A stretch of DNA of 64,000 bases from an uncultured Gemmatimonadota bacterium (lineage in GTDB: Bacteria > Gemmatimonadota > Gemmatimonadetes > Gemmatimonadales > GWC2-71-9): contig CALGOK010000014.1 in assembly GCA_937961295.1 (NCBI GenBank), positions 10-64,009 of the forward strand, read 5' to 3'. The notes below the pieces were generated by a model that saw only the letters and a program-made list of their open reading frames with translations, searched no databases and was not told where the DNA came from. Below, in pieces: positions 19,912 through 27,745 of the stretch (position 1 is the stretch's first letter; each line of letters begins with the position of its first letter). The position numbers and the translations under genes are program-made.

Positions 19912-20037
19912 CGGCCCGCGGCTGAAGCCGCGTCTCGGCAGGGGCGCCCGCTGAAGCGGGCCCCGGTGAGACTGCCGATCGCGACAGGCGGCTTCATGCC
20001 GCCGTGTTCGCCGAGACGCGGCTTCAGCCGCGGGCCG
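19912..20037. repeat. 126-bp element closed by a perfect 28-bp inverted repeat, with two internal hairpins
   Basis: The 19912-19939 arm CGGCCCGCGGCTGAAGCCGCGTCTCGGC is the exact reverse complement of 20010-20037. Internal hairpins are GCCCGC-TGAA-GCGGGC and GGCGGC-TTCAT-GCCGCC. The element ends 8 nt from the mog ATG. Confidence 0.7.
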
Positions 20038-20048
20038 ACGCGCGACGT

Positions 20049-21035
20049 TCATCCCCCACGCTCAACAAACGGCGGCCGCTTGAGCGTGGCATCCCACTCC
20101 CGATCCGCCGCCACGATCCGGATCGGCGTCCCGGCCACGTCACTCCCCCGCGGCACCGCGGTGATCCCGATCACGCCGGCGCGCGGCGACACGGCGCTCG
20201 AGCGCACGCGATCGACGGTGCGGTTGTTGACCTGCACCTCGCTCCCCACCGGTGGCGCGGTGTCGCCCTCGGTGGTGAAGCCGATGAGCACCTTGAGCGC
20301 GCCGCTGCGATGGCGATTGGCGAGTGCCACCTCGCCGGGGAACGGGGCGCCCTTTCCCTGTGCCACCAGCTCTTCCATCCCCGCCTCCACCGGCGTGTCC
20401 TCGGCGGCCACCTCGGTGCCGATGCGCAGGATCCCCCATTCCAGGCGCACGAGGCTCCACGTGTCGGCGCCGACGAACGGCACGCCGAGCCGCTCGATGG
20501 CGGAGCGGAGCGAAGTGACGTCGCGGGCGCGGCAGTAGAGGTCGAGTCCGTCGGGGCCGAGGCGCGTGGCGCGCGCGGCGAACACATCCACGCCGGCGAG
20601 TCGCGCGCGCCGGAGGTCGCCGGGCGACTCGGGGACCGGTTCGAGCAGCGTGGCCAGCCGTCCCTTCGCGGCGGGGCCACGCACCGCCACCACCGCCACG
20701 TCGTCGCTGATGTCGCGGAGCCGCACGTTGCCGCGCTTGCGATCGACCAGGTAGCTCCACGCCGCGGCGCGGGAGTCGCCGTCCACCAGCAGCATCACCA
20801 GGTCGTCGAAGCGGTAGACCGTCACGCGGGCGAGGATCGTGGCGTCGTCGCGGAGCAGCAGCGCGTCGGCGAAGCGGCCCGGCGGCACCCGCGAGATGTC
20901 CACCGTGCACACGCGATTGACGTACGCGTGTGCGTCGGGGCCCGACACCTCGAACTGGCCGTGCGCGGCGGGGGTGTAGGCCGCGGCGCTCGACACCATC
21001 GCGTCGTAGCCGGCGGGGGCGGCGGTCTCGCTCAT
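20049..21035 (-). CDS. GcvT/YgfZ-family folate-binding (aminomethyltransferase-like) protein
   Basis: ATG at 21035 (MSETAAPAGYD), in frame inside composite ORF 20049..21941, ATGA-coupled to the argF stop. GcvT-like C-terminal barrel (GKGAPFPGEVAL..LIGF). Confidence 0.75.
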   Translation of the reverse strand: MSETAAPAGYDAMVSSAAAYTPAAHGQFEVSGPDAHAYVNRVCTVDISRVPPGRFADALLLRDDATILARVTVYRFDDLVMLLVDGDSRAAAWSYLVDRKRGNVRLRDISDDVAVVAVRGPAAKGRLATLLEPVPESPGDLRRARLAGVDVFAARATRLGPDGLDLYCRARDVTSLRSAIERLGVPFVGADTWSLVRLEWGILRIGTEVAAEDTPVEAGMEELVAQGKGAPFPGEVALANRHRSGALKVLIGFTTEGDTAPPVGSEVQVNNRTVDRVRSSAVSPRAGVIGITAVPRGSDVAGTPIRIVAADREWDATLKRPPFVERGG

Positions 21036-21934
21036 TTGAGGAGCATGGCCAGCAGCGCCTTCTGGGCGTGGAGCCGGTTCTCCGCCTCGTCGAACACGCG
21101 CGACTGCGGTCCCTCGAGCACGTCCTCGGTGATCTCCTCGCCGCGGTGCGCGGGGAGGCAGTGCAGCACGATGGCGTCCTTCGCGGCGCGCGCCATCAGG
21201 TCGGCGTCGACCACGTAGCCCTGGAAGGCCACCTTGCGGAGTTCCATCTCCTCTTCCTGTCCCATCGACGCCCAGACGTCGGTATTGATCACGTGGGCGC
21301 CCTCGACCGCCTCGTCGGGATCCTCGGTGATCAGGATCTTGGTCTTCGCCTTGGTGGCGTGATAGATCCCGTGATCGGGTTCGTAGCCTTCGGGGCAGGC
21401 GAGCCGGAGCTCGAAGCCGAGGAGGCCGGCGGCCTCGATCCACGAATTGGCCATGTTGTTGCCGTCGCCGATCCACGCCACCACGCGGTCCTGCACGGAG
21501 CCGAATGTTTCCTGCACGGTGAGCAGGTCGGCGAGGATCTGGCACGGGTGGCGGAGGTCGGTGAGGCCGTTGATCACCGGCACGGTGGCGAACTTCGCCA
21601 GCTCCTCCACGTCGTCCTGCGCGAAGGTGCGGATCATGATCGCGTCGACCATCCGCGAGAGGACGCGGGCGGTGTCGCGGATCGGTTCGCCGCGGCCGAG
21701 CTGGATGTCGCGGGAGGAGAGGAAGAGGGCGTGGCCACCGAGCTGGAGCGCGCCGACCTCGAAGGAGACCCGGGTGCGGGTGGACGACTTGGCGAAGATC
21801 ATCGCCAGCGTCTTTCCCGACATGGGGCGCTCCTGGTAGCGGCCGGTCTTCATGTCGGCCGCCAGCGTCAGGAGGTCGAGGGTCTCCCGGGCGGAGAGGT
21901 CGGGGATCTTGAGGAAGTCGCGCTTGGGGGCCAT
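21032..21934 (-). CDS. argF: ornithine carbamoyltransferase
   Basis: ATG at 21934 (MAPKRDFLKIPDLS). Motifs STRTR, HPCQ, DVWASMG and HCLPAHRGEE. Confidence 0.9.
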   Translation of the reverse strand: MAPKRDFLKIPDLSARETLDLLTLAADMKTGRYQERPMSGKTLAMIFAKSSTRTRVSFEVGALQLGGHALFLSSRDIQLGRGEPIRDTARVLSRMVDAIMIRTFAQDDVEELAKFATVPVINGLTDLRHPCQILADLLTVQETFGSVQDRVVAWIGDGNNMANSWIEAAGLLGFELRLACPEGYEPDHGIYHATKAKTKILITEDPDEAVEGAHVINTDVWASMGQEEEMELRKVAFQGYVVDADLMARAAKDAIVLHCLPAHRGEEITEDVLEGPQSRVFDEAENRLHAQKALLAMLLK

Positions 21935-22214
21935 GTGCCATCCTGGGGGTCGGGGACGCCAGAATGGCAGGAATCTAAGCGCTAACGGGGGTCGGGGGGA
22001 AACGGGACGGGGGCTGACCGGCTTAGTGCGGTGGACTCGATGCGGTGTCCACGATGGAGTAGAGCTGCAGTTCAACAGCGAGGAGGTGTCGGTCGTGGGT
22101 TCGACGCCGCAGATCAGGACGATCCGCGTCAATGCGATGTGAACCTGACGATTCCTCCCGGCACCAGCCTCGAAACCCCGCACCAGCACGGGTCGGGTTG
22201 GTCACCGCGGACAC

Positions 22215-23390
22215 CTAGTCGGGAGTCATTCTGTAGAGGACAGCATCCTCAACTCCGTCGGGATCATCGGATACCAGCAATACGTGGCTTCCACCAAACC
22301 ACCGGAGGCGTTGGGTGCTGTCGAAAGGCAGAGTTCGCATACGAGACTCGCCGCGCCGCAGGAGGATTCCCTTGACATCGGTATGCGACCCGTCTCGAAC
22401 GACCAGTAGCACATCACCGTGGTCAGAGACGGCCACCGACACCAACGGGGACCATATCTCGGGCACCAGCTGGTGCCGGACCATCTCCTGAGCCAACTCC
22501 TGCTGCCTGGGCGAGACGCCTTCGAACAGGCGGCGAATCGCGCTGTCGCGTACCGTGGAGGGGATTAGCGCCGCAGGCACCGAGACCGTTCGAGAGAGAT
22601 GCATACCCCCGTCGAGCGATCGCACGGACACGGCAACCTCAGCAGTCGCACCATAGCCGCTTTTCGGATACGCGGACACTCGGAACATGCCGTTGGATGA
22701 ATAGGCGTGCATGGATGTGTGACAGTAGGGAATCAATCGGGACAGCGAACCCCCATTCGGCATCGCCATTGACACGTAGCACTCTGTCGCCTCGTCGAGC
22801 TCTACTCGCTTCGCGCCCGCACCGTCCGGCTGGGCAACCATCACCGTGAGCTGCGTGGCACCCTCGACCCGCCCTCGCCACCACGACACGCCATTCGGCG
22901 TGGAAGCTTGCAGGAAGGCGCCCACCATGCCGGCCGGTGGGCGCAATGTCACTGTACTGATCACTCTGCCGTCGGTCCTGTACTTCGTCACTCGCCTCAA
23001 GCCGAGGTCGACCAGCCAGATGCTGTCACCGCGCTGGTAGATCTGTGCCACCCCCTGCAGGTCACCCGGACCCTCCCCGCGACGACCGATCCACCTGACC
23101 CGAGTCTCGCCAGGCAGCAGACCGACAATGGCCCCGTCTCGTGGCTGTGAGGCCCAGATCTGCCCATTCGGGCCCACGGTCGCAACCACGATGGGGTCAA
23201 GCACAAACTCACTGCCACGAAGTCGATGCACCTCATGCAGCGATATCCCCTGACTATGCAAAGGGAACGCTGCCGAGCAGGCGATGCACAATGAAAGTAG
23301 CATCACCCAACCAACTGGTGCTTCCGGAGAGGCCATGCTGTCGCGGCGCCCTCCCCAAGTAGATCCGCATGCTGCACGAAAGGCAGTCAT
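22215..23390 (-). CDS. 6-bladed beta-propeller secreted protein (paralog of 7293..8555), lower G+C
   Basis: 391-aa ORF. The start at 23390 is ATGA-coupled to the upstream stop; an alternative is the internal MASPEAPVGWVMLLSLCIACSAAF. GRRGEGPGDL motif. Confidence 0.65.
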   Translation of the reverse strand: MTAFRAACGSTWGGRRDSMASPEAPVGWVMLLSLCIACSAAFPLHSQGISLHEVHRLRGSEFVLDPIVVATVGPNGQIWASQPRDGAIVGLLPGETRVRWIGRRGEGPGDLQGVAQIYQRGDSIWLVDLGLRRVTKYRTDGRVISTVTLRPPAGMVGAFLQASTPNGVSWWRGRVEGATQLTVMVAQPDGAGAKRVELDEATECYVSMAMPNGGSLSRLIPYCHTSMHAYSSNGMFRVSAYPKSGYGATAEVAVSVRSLDGGMHLSRTVSVPAALIPSTVRDSAIRRLFEGVSPRQQELAQEMVRHQLVPEIWSPLVSVAVSDHGDVLLVVRDGSHTDVKGILLRRGESRMRTLPFDSTQRLRWFGGSHVLLVSDDPDGVEDAVLYRMTPD

Positions 23391-24076
23391 CGCGCTCGTT
23401 CGCGCTTCGCGTGCGCAAGGAGTGCCACTAGGCCTTTGGAGTCAGGCACGTACCGCAGGAGGTCTCCGTTCACGACCAACGTTGGGGTCCCGCTGCCCCC
23501 TAGCCGGTTAGCCAACGCCATGCCTCGAGTAATGCTCATCACACTGTCCTCGGACGCCGCGCAATCGTTGAACGCGTCCCTGTTGCGGATCTGTGCCTTT
23601 TCGGCGAAGAAGTCGAATCCGGTGCGACCTATCGAATCCTGCCAATGATAAAGCGCATCCACCATAGCCGGAAACGCGTCCTGGTGAGCGGCGCATTCCG
23701 CGACTCGCGCGGCGTCGTAGGCATCGGCATGGTAGGGCAGTGGCCAATGGTGGAAAACCAGCGCCACATCTCCGGGATTCGCGAGCATCACAGGCATGAG
23801 CACGGATTCGTGGAAGTAGCGGCACGCGGGACATGGGAAGTCTGCGAACTCGACGATCGTCAGTGCAGCGGAATCTGGCCCGATCCGTCGCCCTTCGCCC
23901 ACCAATTCCTCCCAGTTGTCGACTGGGACTGGCGCATAGTCTCGGATGCTACGCGGGCGGAGGCGCGGGTCGGCCGACAACTCGCGCCTCACGACAGCCA
24001 CTGTAACGACGAGGGCACAGGCAACGCTCAAGACCGCCAATAGCGTGCTGAAGCTGACTTTCGTTCGCTGGCTCAC
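23387..24076 (-). CDS. DsbA-family thiol:disulfide oxidoreductase with N-terminal membrane anchor
   Basis: GTG start preceded by GGGAG. TM helix FSTLLAVLSVACALVVTVAVV. Thioredoxin-fold active site FPCPAC. Late GTPTLVVNG motif. Confidence 0.8.
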   Translation of the reverse strand: MSQRTKVSFSTLLAVLSVACALVVTVAVVRRELSADPRLRPRSIRDYAPVPVDNWEELVGEGRRIGPDSAALTIVEFADFPCPACRYFHESVLMPVMLANPGDVALVFHHWPLPYHADAYDAARVAECAAHQDAFPAMVDALYHWQDSIGRTGFDFFAEKAQIRNRDAFNDCAASEDSVMSITRGMALANRLGGSGTPTLVVNGDLLRYVPDSKGLVALLAHAKRERAR

Positions 24077-24358
24077 GAAATAGCACTCCCACGACCACGA
24101 TCACCGGGATCGCCAGCGCTGGGTACGGAGGCAAACTGCGACCAGCTCACGATGCACCCGCCCTGGCCTATCACACAGCACCACAACGCGCGCAAGTCGA
24201 TACTCGCCGCCTCCATCCTCGTGAAGTCGTACCGGCCTCTAGTTGGCATCGCAGGCCGTGGAACCGTTGTAGCAACACTTGACCGTGAAACTTCCCTGAC
24301 CGTTGGTACACTGGATCTTCTCGGCCTGCGTCGGACAGTTGAGATGCCCCCAATTGCA

Positions 24359-24514
24359 TTAGTTCTGCGTAAGCTCAGACTGGCTAGGACACGAGCCCTC
24401 GTACGTGGTTTCCTTGAGGTAGCACTCAGGAACTCGCCGCGGTGATGCGAGGAGTGACACCGCGCCGAGAACGGTTGCACAGGATGCGAGTACGGTAACG
24501 CGCTGAGGTGACAT
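24359..24514 (-). CDS. small secreted peptide (51 aa). The same frame stays coding-like past its TAA for 39 more Cys-rich codons, to 24239.
   Basis: ATG at 24514 with GGAGG 9 nt upstream. Sequence MSPQRVTVLASCATVLGAVSLLASPRRVPECYLKETTYEGSCPSQSELTQN*. See the finding for the extension. Confidence 0.4.
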   Translation of the reverse strand: MSPQRVTVLASCATVLGAVSLLASPRRVPECYLKETTYEGSCPSQSELTQN

Positions 24515-24876
24515 CACGGGAGGCCTCCGCAACAGTTGTGGTTTGCACGCACTGGAATCACGAGTCCCGAGGCAATACCCTGTCCTAGAGATGCGGCACT
24601 GCGAATGACCTCTGTACGATTCATCAACGCACCCTACCAGCCGCGGGCGGGTGGGACGAATCGAACGACCACCGGACGGCATCGGCACCGAATCGACCGA
24701 AGTGTCGGAAGCCTGTCCCACCCCGCGGCTTGAAAGGCCCTCCAGGCGCTTCGCGACATGCCCGTATCAAGTCCTGCACCGCTTTGCCGCACGATGAGCG
24801 CGATGGGTTACAAGCTAGAAGAGGTCGGTACACCCAACCTACTCCAAGGTTGTGCTAGTGTTTTTCCCAGTACCGG

Positions 24877-25257
24877 TTGACGGCCGGCTCGACCGTGGAC
24901 ATTCTCCACTCCTCCCCCGACCGGAGTCGTTCGTGTGCCCCCCCCCCCGAGAACGCCGCACCCACCCACCTGCCGCTGGTCCTGCCTCCCGAGTTCCTCG
25001 CCTGGCTCCGTACCCGATACCGACTGACGCCACGGCACTGTGACCTGCTGCGCTGCCGCGCGCAGCTGATGGTGCCCAAGGAGATCGCCGTCGAGCTGAA
25101 CCTCGAGGTCGCAACCGTTCGCCGCCTGCAGGCGTCGGTGCTCGAGCGGCTGCGCATCGGCGGCGGCGAGAAGGGACTATTGCGCTGGATGGCGAATGCC
25201 CACGACCGCTGGCAGCGGGAAGCCGCGGCGGTCGAGTCGGAGTTCGCCGCCACCTGA
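24877..25257 (+). CDS. small LuxR/GerE-type HTH transcriptional regulator
   Basis: C-terminal LTPRHCDLLRCRAQLMVPKEIAVELNLEVATVRRLQASVLERL. The start is uncertain (TTG at 24877). A C11 tract lies in the 5' part. Confidence 0.6.
   Translation: MTAGSTVDILHSSPDRSRSCAPPPENAAPTHLPLVLPPEFLAWLRTRYRLTPRHCDLLRCRAQLMVPKEIAVELNLEVATVRRLQASVLERLRIGGGEKGLLRWMANAHDRWQREAAAVESEFAAT
24938..24948 (+). repeat. C11 homopolymer tract
   Basis: gtgCCCCCCCCCCCgag, encoding A-P-P-P in the LuxR-type ORF. It is the longest homopolymer I saw in the window. Confidence 0.9.
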
Positions 25258-25292
25258 TCGCCACCCGGTCGAGTCGAGATGATCCCGACCCG

Positions 25293-25556
25293 CTACGGGA
25301 CACTCCACATCAGCAGGTAGGACAGCAGCGCCCACACCACGACGTAGCATGCGCCGGCGACCACATTGACCAGCAGGTACACCCGGTCGCGGGCGATGAG
25401 CGCTGCCACCAGCGCGGCAGCGGTGAGCAGCGGACCCGCCAGCAGCAGCGCCGCGAAGAGCGGGATCGGCAGCACCCAGACGCCAACGAATGCCAACGCG
25501 ATCACCACCGCGTGCACCACCATGAACCCCCACGCGGCCACGGTGAGTGTCCGCAC
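25293..25556 (-). CDS. possible small 3-TM membrane protein
   Basis: GTG at 25556 or ATG at 25523, inside composite ORF 25293..26006. Hydrophobic sequence MVVHAVVIALAFVGVWVLPIPLFAALLLAGPLL... There is no family support. Confidence 0.3.
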   Translation of the reverse strand: MRTLTVAAWGFMVVHAVVIALAFVGVWVLPIPLFAALLLAGPLLTAAALVAALIARDRVYLLVNVVAGACYVVVWALLSYLLMWSVP

Positions 25557-25665
25557 CGTCCGGCCCGCGCCACTCCGCTCACTTTCGCCCACCGGCCCCT
25601 CCCGTCGGTTGGCGGCCCCGCCGATCGAAAGGTACCTTCGCCAGATCCCCACCACGGACCTGCCG

Positions 25666-26937
25666 ATGCCCACCGCCAGTCGCCGCGCCGCGCTGTTAGT
25701 CGCCGCCTTGTCGCTGTTCGCTGTTCGCTTCTCTCTGCACGCGCAGGACCAACCCACCGCGGTGACCGCCGACCGCCTCCTCGATGTCCGCAGCGGCCGG
25801 ATGCAGTTGCCTGGCCTGGTGGTGATGCACCAGGGCCGTATCACCCAGGTGGGCGGCACCGTTCCCGCCGGCGCCACGCGCATCGACCTCGGCGACGCCA
25901 CGCTGCTCCCCGGCTTCATCGACGCCCACGTCCACCTCACCGGCGAACTCGGCCCCGGTTTCGACCTCGCCCCGGTGCGGCAGACCGCCGTCGACGGCGC
26001 CATCAATGCCGTGGCCTACGCCTACAAGACGCTCGAGGCCGGCTTCACCACCGTCCGCAATGTCGGCAGCGGCGGCTTCGTGGACGTGGCACTGATGCGC
26101 GCCATCGACCGCGGCACGGTGCTCGGCCCCCGCATCGTCCCCGCCGGCCACGCCCTCGGCATCACCGGCGGTCACTGCGACGTGACCGGCTTCGCACCGG
26201 GCATCCGCGTGCAGGATGAGCACGAGGGGATCGCCGACGGCCCCGATGCCTTCACCCGCGCGGTTCGCGAGCAGCTCAAGTACGGCGCCAAGGTGATCAA
26301 GATCTGCGCGACCGCCGGCGTGCTGTCGTTCGAGGAATCGGTGGGCGCGCAGCAGATGAGCGACGCCGAGCTGCGCGCCGTGGTCGAGGAGGCCGCGCGA
26401 CATGGTGTGAAGGTGGCGGCGCACGCCCACGGCACGGTGGGGATCAAGGCGGCGGTGCGCGCCGGCGTGGCGTCGATCGAGCACGGCTAGATCCTCGATG
26501 ACGAGGCGATCGCGCTGATGAAGCAGCACGGCACCTACCTGGTGCCCACCCGCGCACTCGCCGGGCTGATCCCGATGGACGCGCTGCCGCCGCTGCTCCG
26601 CAGCAAGGCCGAGAACGTGCTGCCGATGGCCGACGCATCGTTCCGCAAGGCCGTCGCCGCTGGCGTGAAGATCGCGCTCGGCACCGACGCGGCGGTGATG
26701 CCCCACGGCATGAACGCGCGCGAGTTCGCGGTGATGGTCGATGCCGGGATGTCGCCGCTCGGCGCACTCCAGGCCGGCACCATCAACGGCGCCGACCTGC
26801 TGGGCACGGCCGATCGCGGCGAACTCGCGGTAGGCCGGCTCGCCGACATCGTCGCAGTGCCGGGGAATCCGCTCGAGGACATCACCGCGACCGAACGGCC
26901 GGTGCTGGTGGTCAAGGGGGGACAGCGGGTCCGCTGA
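25666..26937 (+). pseudogene. secreted amidohydrolase-superfamily metal hydrolase interrupted by an in-frame TAG (26488-26490)
   Basis: ATG at 25666 (MPTASRRAALLVAALSLFAV). Motifs PGFIDAHVHL, AHAHG, and [24 protein letters not shown]. ORFs 25366..26490 and 26518..26937 are in the same frame. A GTD(A) late motif is present. Confidence 0.75.
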
Positions 26938-26940
26938 AGC

Positions 26941-26998
26941 GCGACAGCGCGAGGCATGCCCCGAGCGTAGCGAGGGGGGCGAGGGGCGAAGCGCGAGA
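26941..26998. repeat. partial or rearranged copy of the GCGACAGCGCGAGG G-tract heptad family
   Basis: GCGACAGCGCGAGGCATGCCCCGAGCGTAGCGAGGGGGGCGAGGGGCGAAGCGCGAGAG, directly after the amidohydrolase stop. Confidence 0.45.
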
Positions 26999-27022
26999 GA
27001 CACCGGAGCCTTCACAAGCATC

Positions 27023-27045
27023 GCCGACCCATGGGTCGGCCCTAC
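27023..27045. repeat. REP-like palindrome (family A)
   Basis: GCCGACCCATGGGTCGGCCCTAC, identical to 3731 and 27677. Confidence 0.7.
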
Positions 27046-27064
27046 GCGCGCGGTGAGGCGTCGT

Positions 27065-27157
27065 CAGCGGTGGGCCACGGAGCGGATGCTTCGGCCCTTC
27101 GCGCTATCGGGAGTGCCGACACGCACGGCCGGCCAGGAGCGCAGTGGCCCACCGCTG
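27065..27157. repeat. 93-bp element with 14-bp terminal inverted repeats (family B), copy 1
   Basis: CAGCGGTGGGCCAC ... GTGGCCCACCGCTG. Near-identical to 27746..27838. Confidence 0.75.
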
Positions 27158-27179
27158 GCGCGTTCCAGAGTTTCGTTCG

Positions 27180-27202
27180 GCCGAGCCATGGGTAGGCCCT
27201 AC
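27180..27202. repeat. REP-like palindrome, diverged copy (family A)
   Basis: GCCGAGCCATGGGTAGGCCCTAC. Its CTA supplies the TAG stop of the SRPBCC gene. Confidence 0.55.
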
Positions 27203-27630
27203 ACGTCGAGCCGCTGGTCGTACGGCACGCGCTCGCCGTGCTCCAGGTAGCGGCGCAGTACCCGCAGGTACATCGCCCAGCAATTGCAGGACACACGGTA
27301 GTGCTCGTTGGCCTCGGGCCAGCCGAGGTGATGGAACCGCAGCCACGTGCCATCGCCGCGCGGCGCGAGGTGCACCCCCACCCGGGTGCCGACCCAGTCG
27401 GCGTCGGCACCGGTGAACTCCAGCTCGAATTCATTGGGCGGTTCGCAGCGCGTCACCCGCGCGCGCCAGTCGTAGCCCGGCCCGAATCCCAGCCGATACT
27501 CAGCACCCGGCTCGTCTATTCCCGCACTCTCGAGCGTCCACCACTCGTCGAGTCCCTCGGGGGTGGAGACCGCGGCGAACACCGCCGCGGGCGGCGCATT
27601 GATTGGCAGGTCGAGCAGGATATCGGGCAT
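27199..27630 (-). CDS. SRPBCC/AHSA1-family (START-like) protein
   Basis: 143 aa. Starts MPDILLDLPINAPPAAVFAAVSTPEGLDEWW and ends with a CNCWAMYLRVLRRYLEHG helix, typical of Aha1-like SRPBCC proteins. Confidence 0.8.
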   Translation of the reverse strand: MPDILLDLPINAPPAAVFAAVSTPEGLDEWWTLESAGIDEPGAEYRLGFGPGYDWRARVTRCEPPNEFELEFTGADADWVGTRVGVHLAPRGDGTWLRFHHLGWPEANEHYRVSCNCWAMYLRVLRRYLEHGERVPYDQRLDV

Positions 27631-27676
27631 GAACAGTCCTCGCTGCGCGTGGACGGCATCGCGACCAGACTGATCG

Positions 27677-27699
27677 GCCGACCCATGGGTCGGCCCTAC
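27677..27699. repeat. REP-like palindrome (family A)
   Basis: GCCGACCCATGGGTCGGCCCTAC. Confidence 0.7.
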
Positions 27700-27745
27700 G
27701 CCGCCATCGCGCGCCGCCAGCGGCGCGCCCGCACCGGACTGGTGT

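Noticed and set aside
19912-20037. A Moco riboswitch, considered because the element sits directly upstream of mog.
   Set aside because: I do not see the conserved Moco-motif core sequences, and a perfect 28-bp GC-rich closing stem is atypical for a ligand-responsive switch. It is kept only as something to exclude with an Rfam scan.
22009-22110. tmRNA/tRNA-like fragments: GGGGCTGA.. (a tmRNA-like 5' end) and GGGTTCGACGCC (T-loop-like) in the argF upstream region, which could mark an island attachment site.
   Set aside because: I could not build a T-arm, acceptor stem or CCA end. The spacing (~100 nt) is far too short for tmRNA, and no resume codon or tag ORF is present. Probably chance similarity.
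24171-24359. 62-aa ORF (MQLGASQLSD...) starting at the ATG that overlaps the TAA of the small peptide gene.
   Set aside because: Third-codon positions are A/T-rich and the composition is non-protein-like. The alternative frame, continuous with the upstream peptide, has G/C-rich third positions and a regular Cys pattern.
24073-24480. 135-aa ORF overlapping the peptide/DsbA spacer.
   Set aside because: It is an Arg/Ser-rich out-of-frame translation with no motif, and it overlaps the better-supported small peptide frame.
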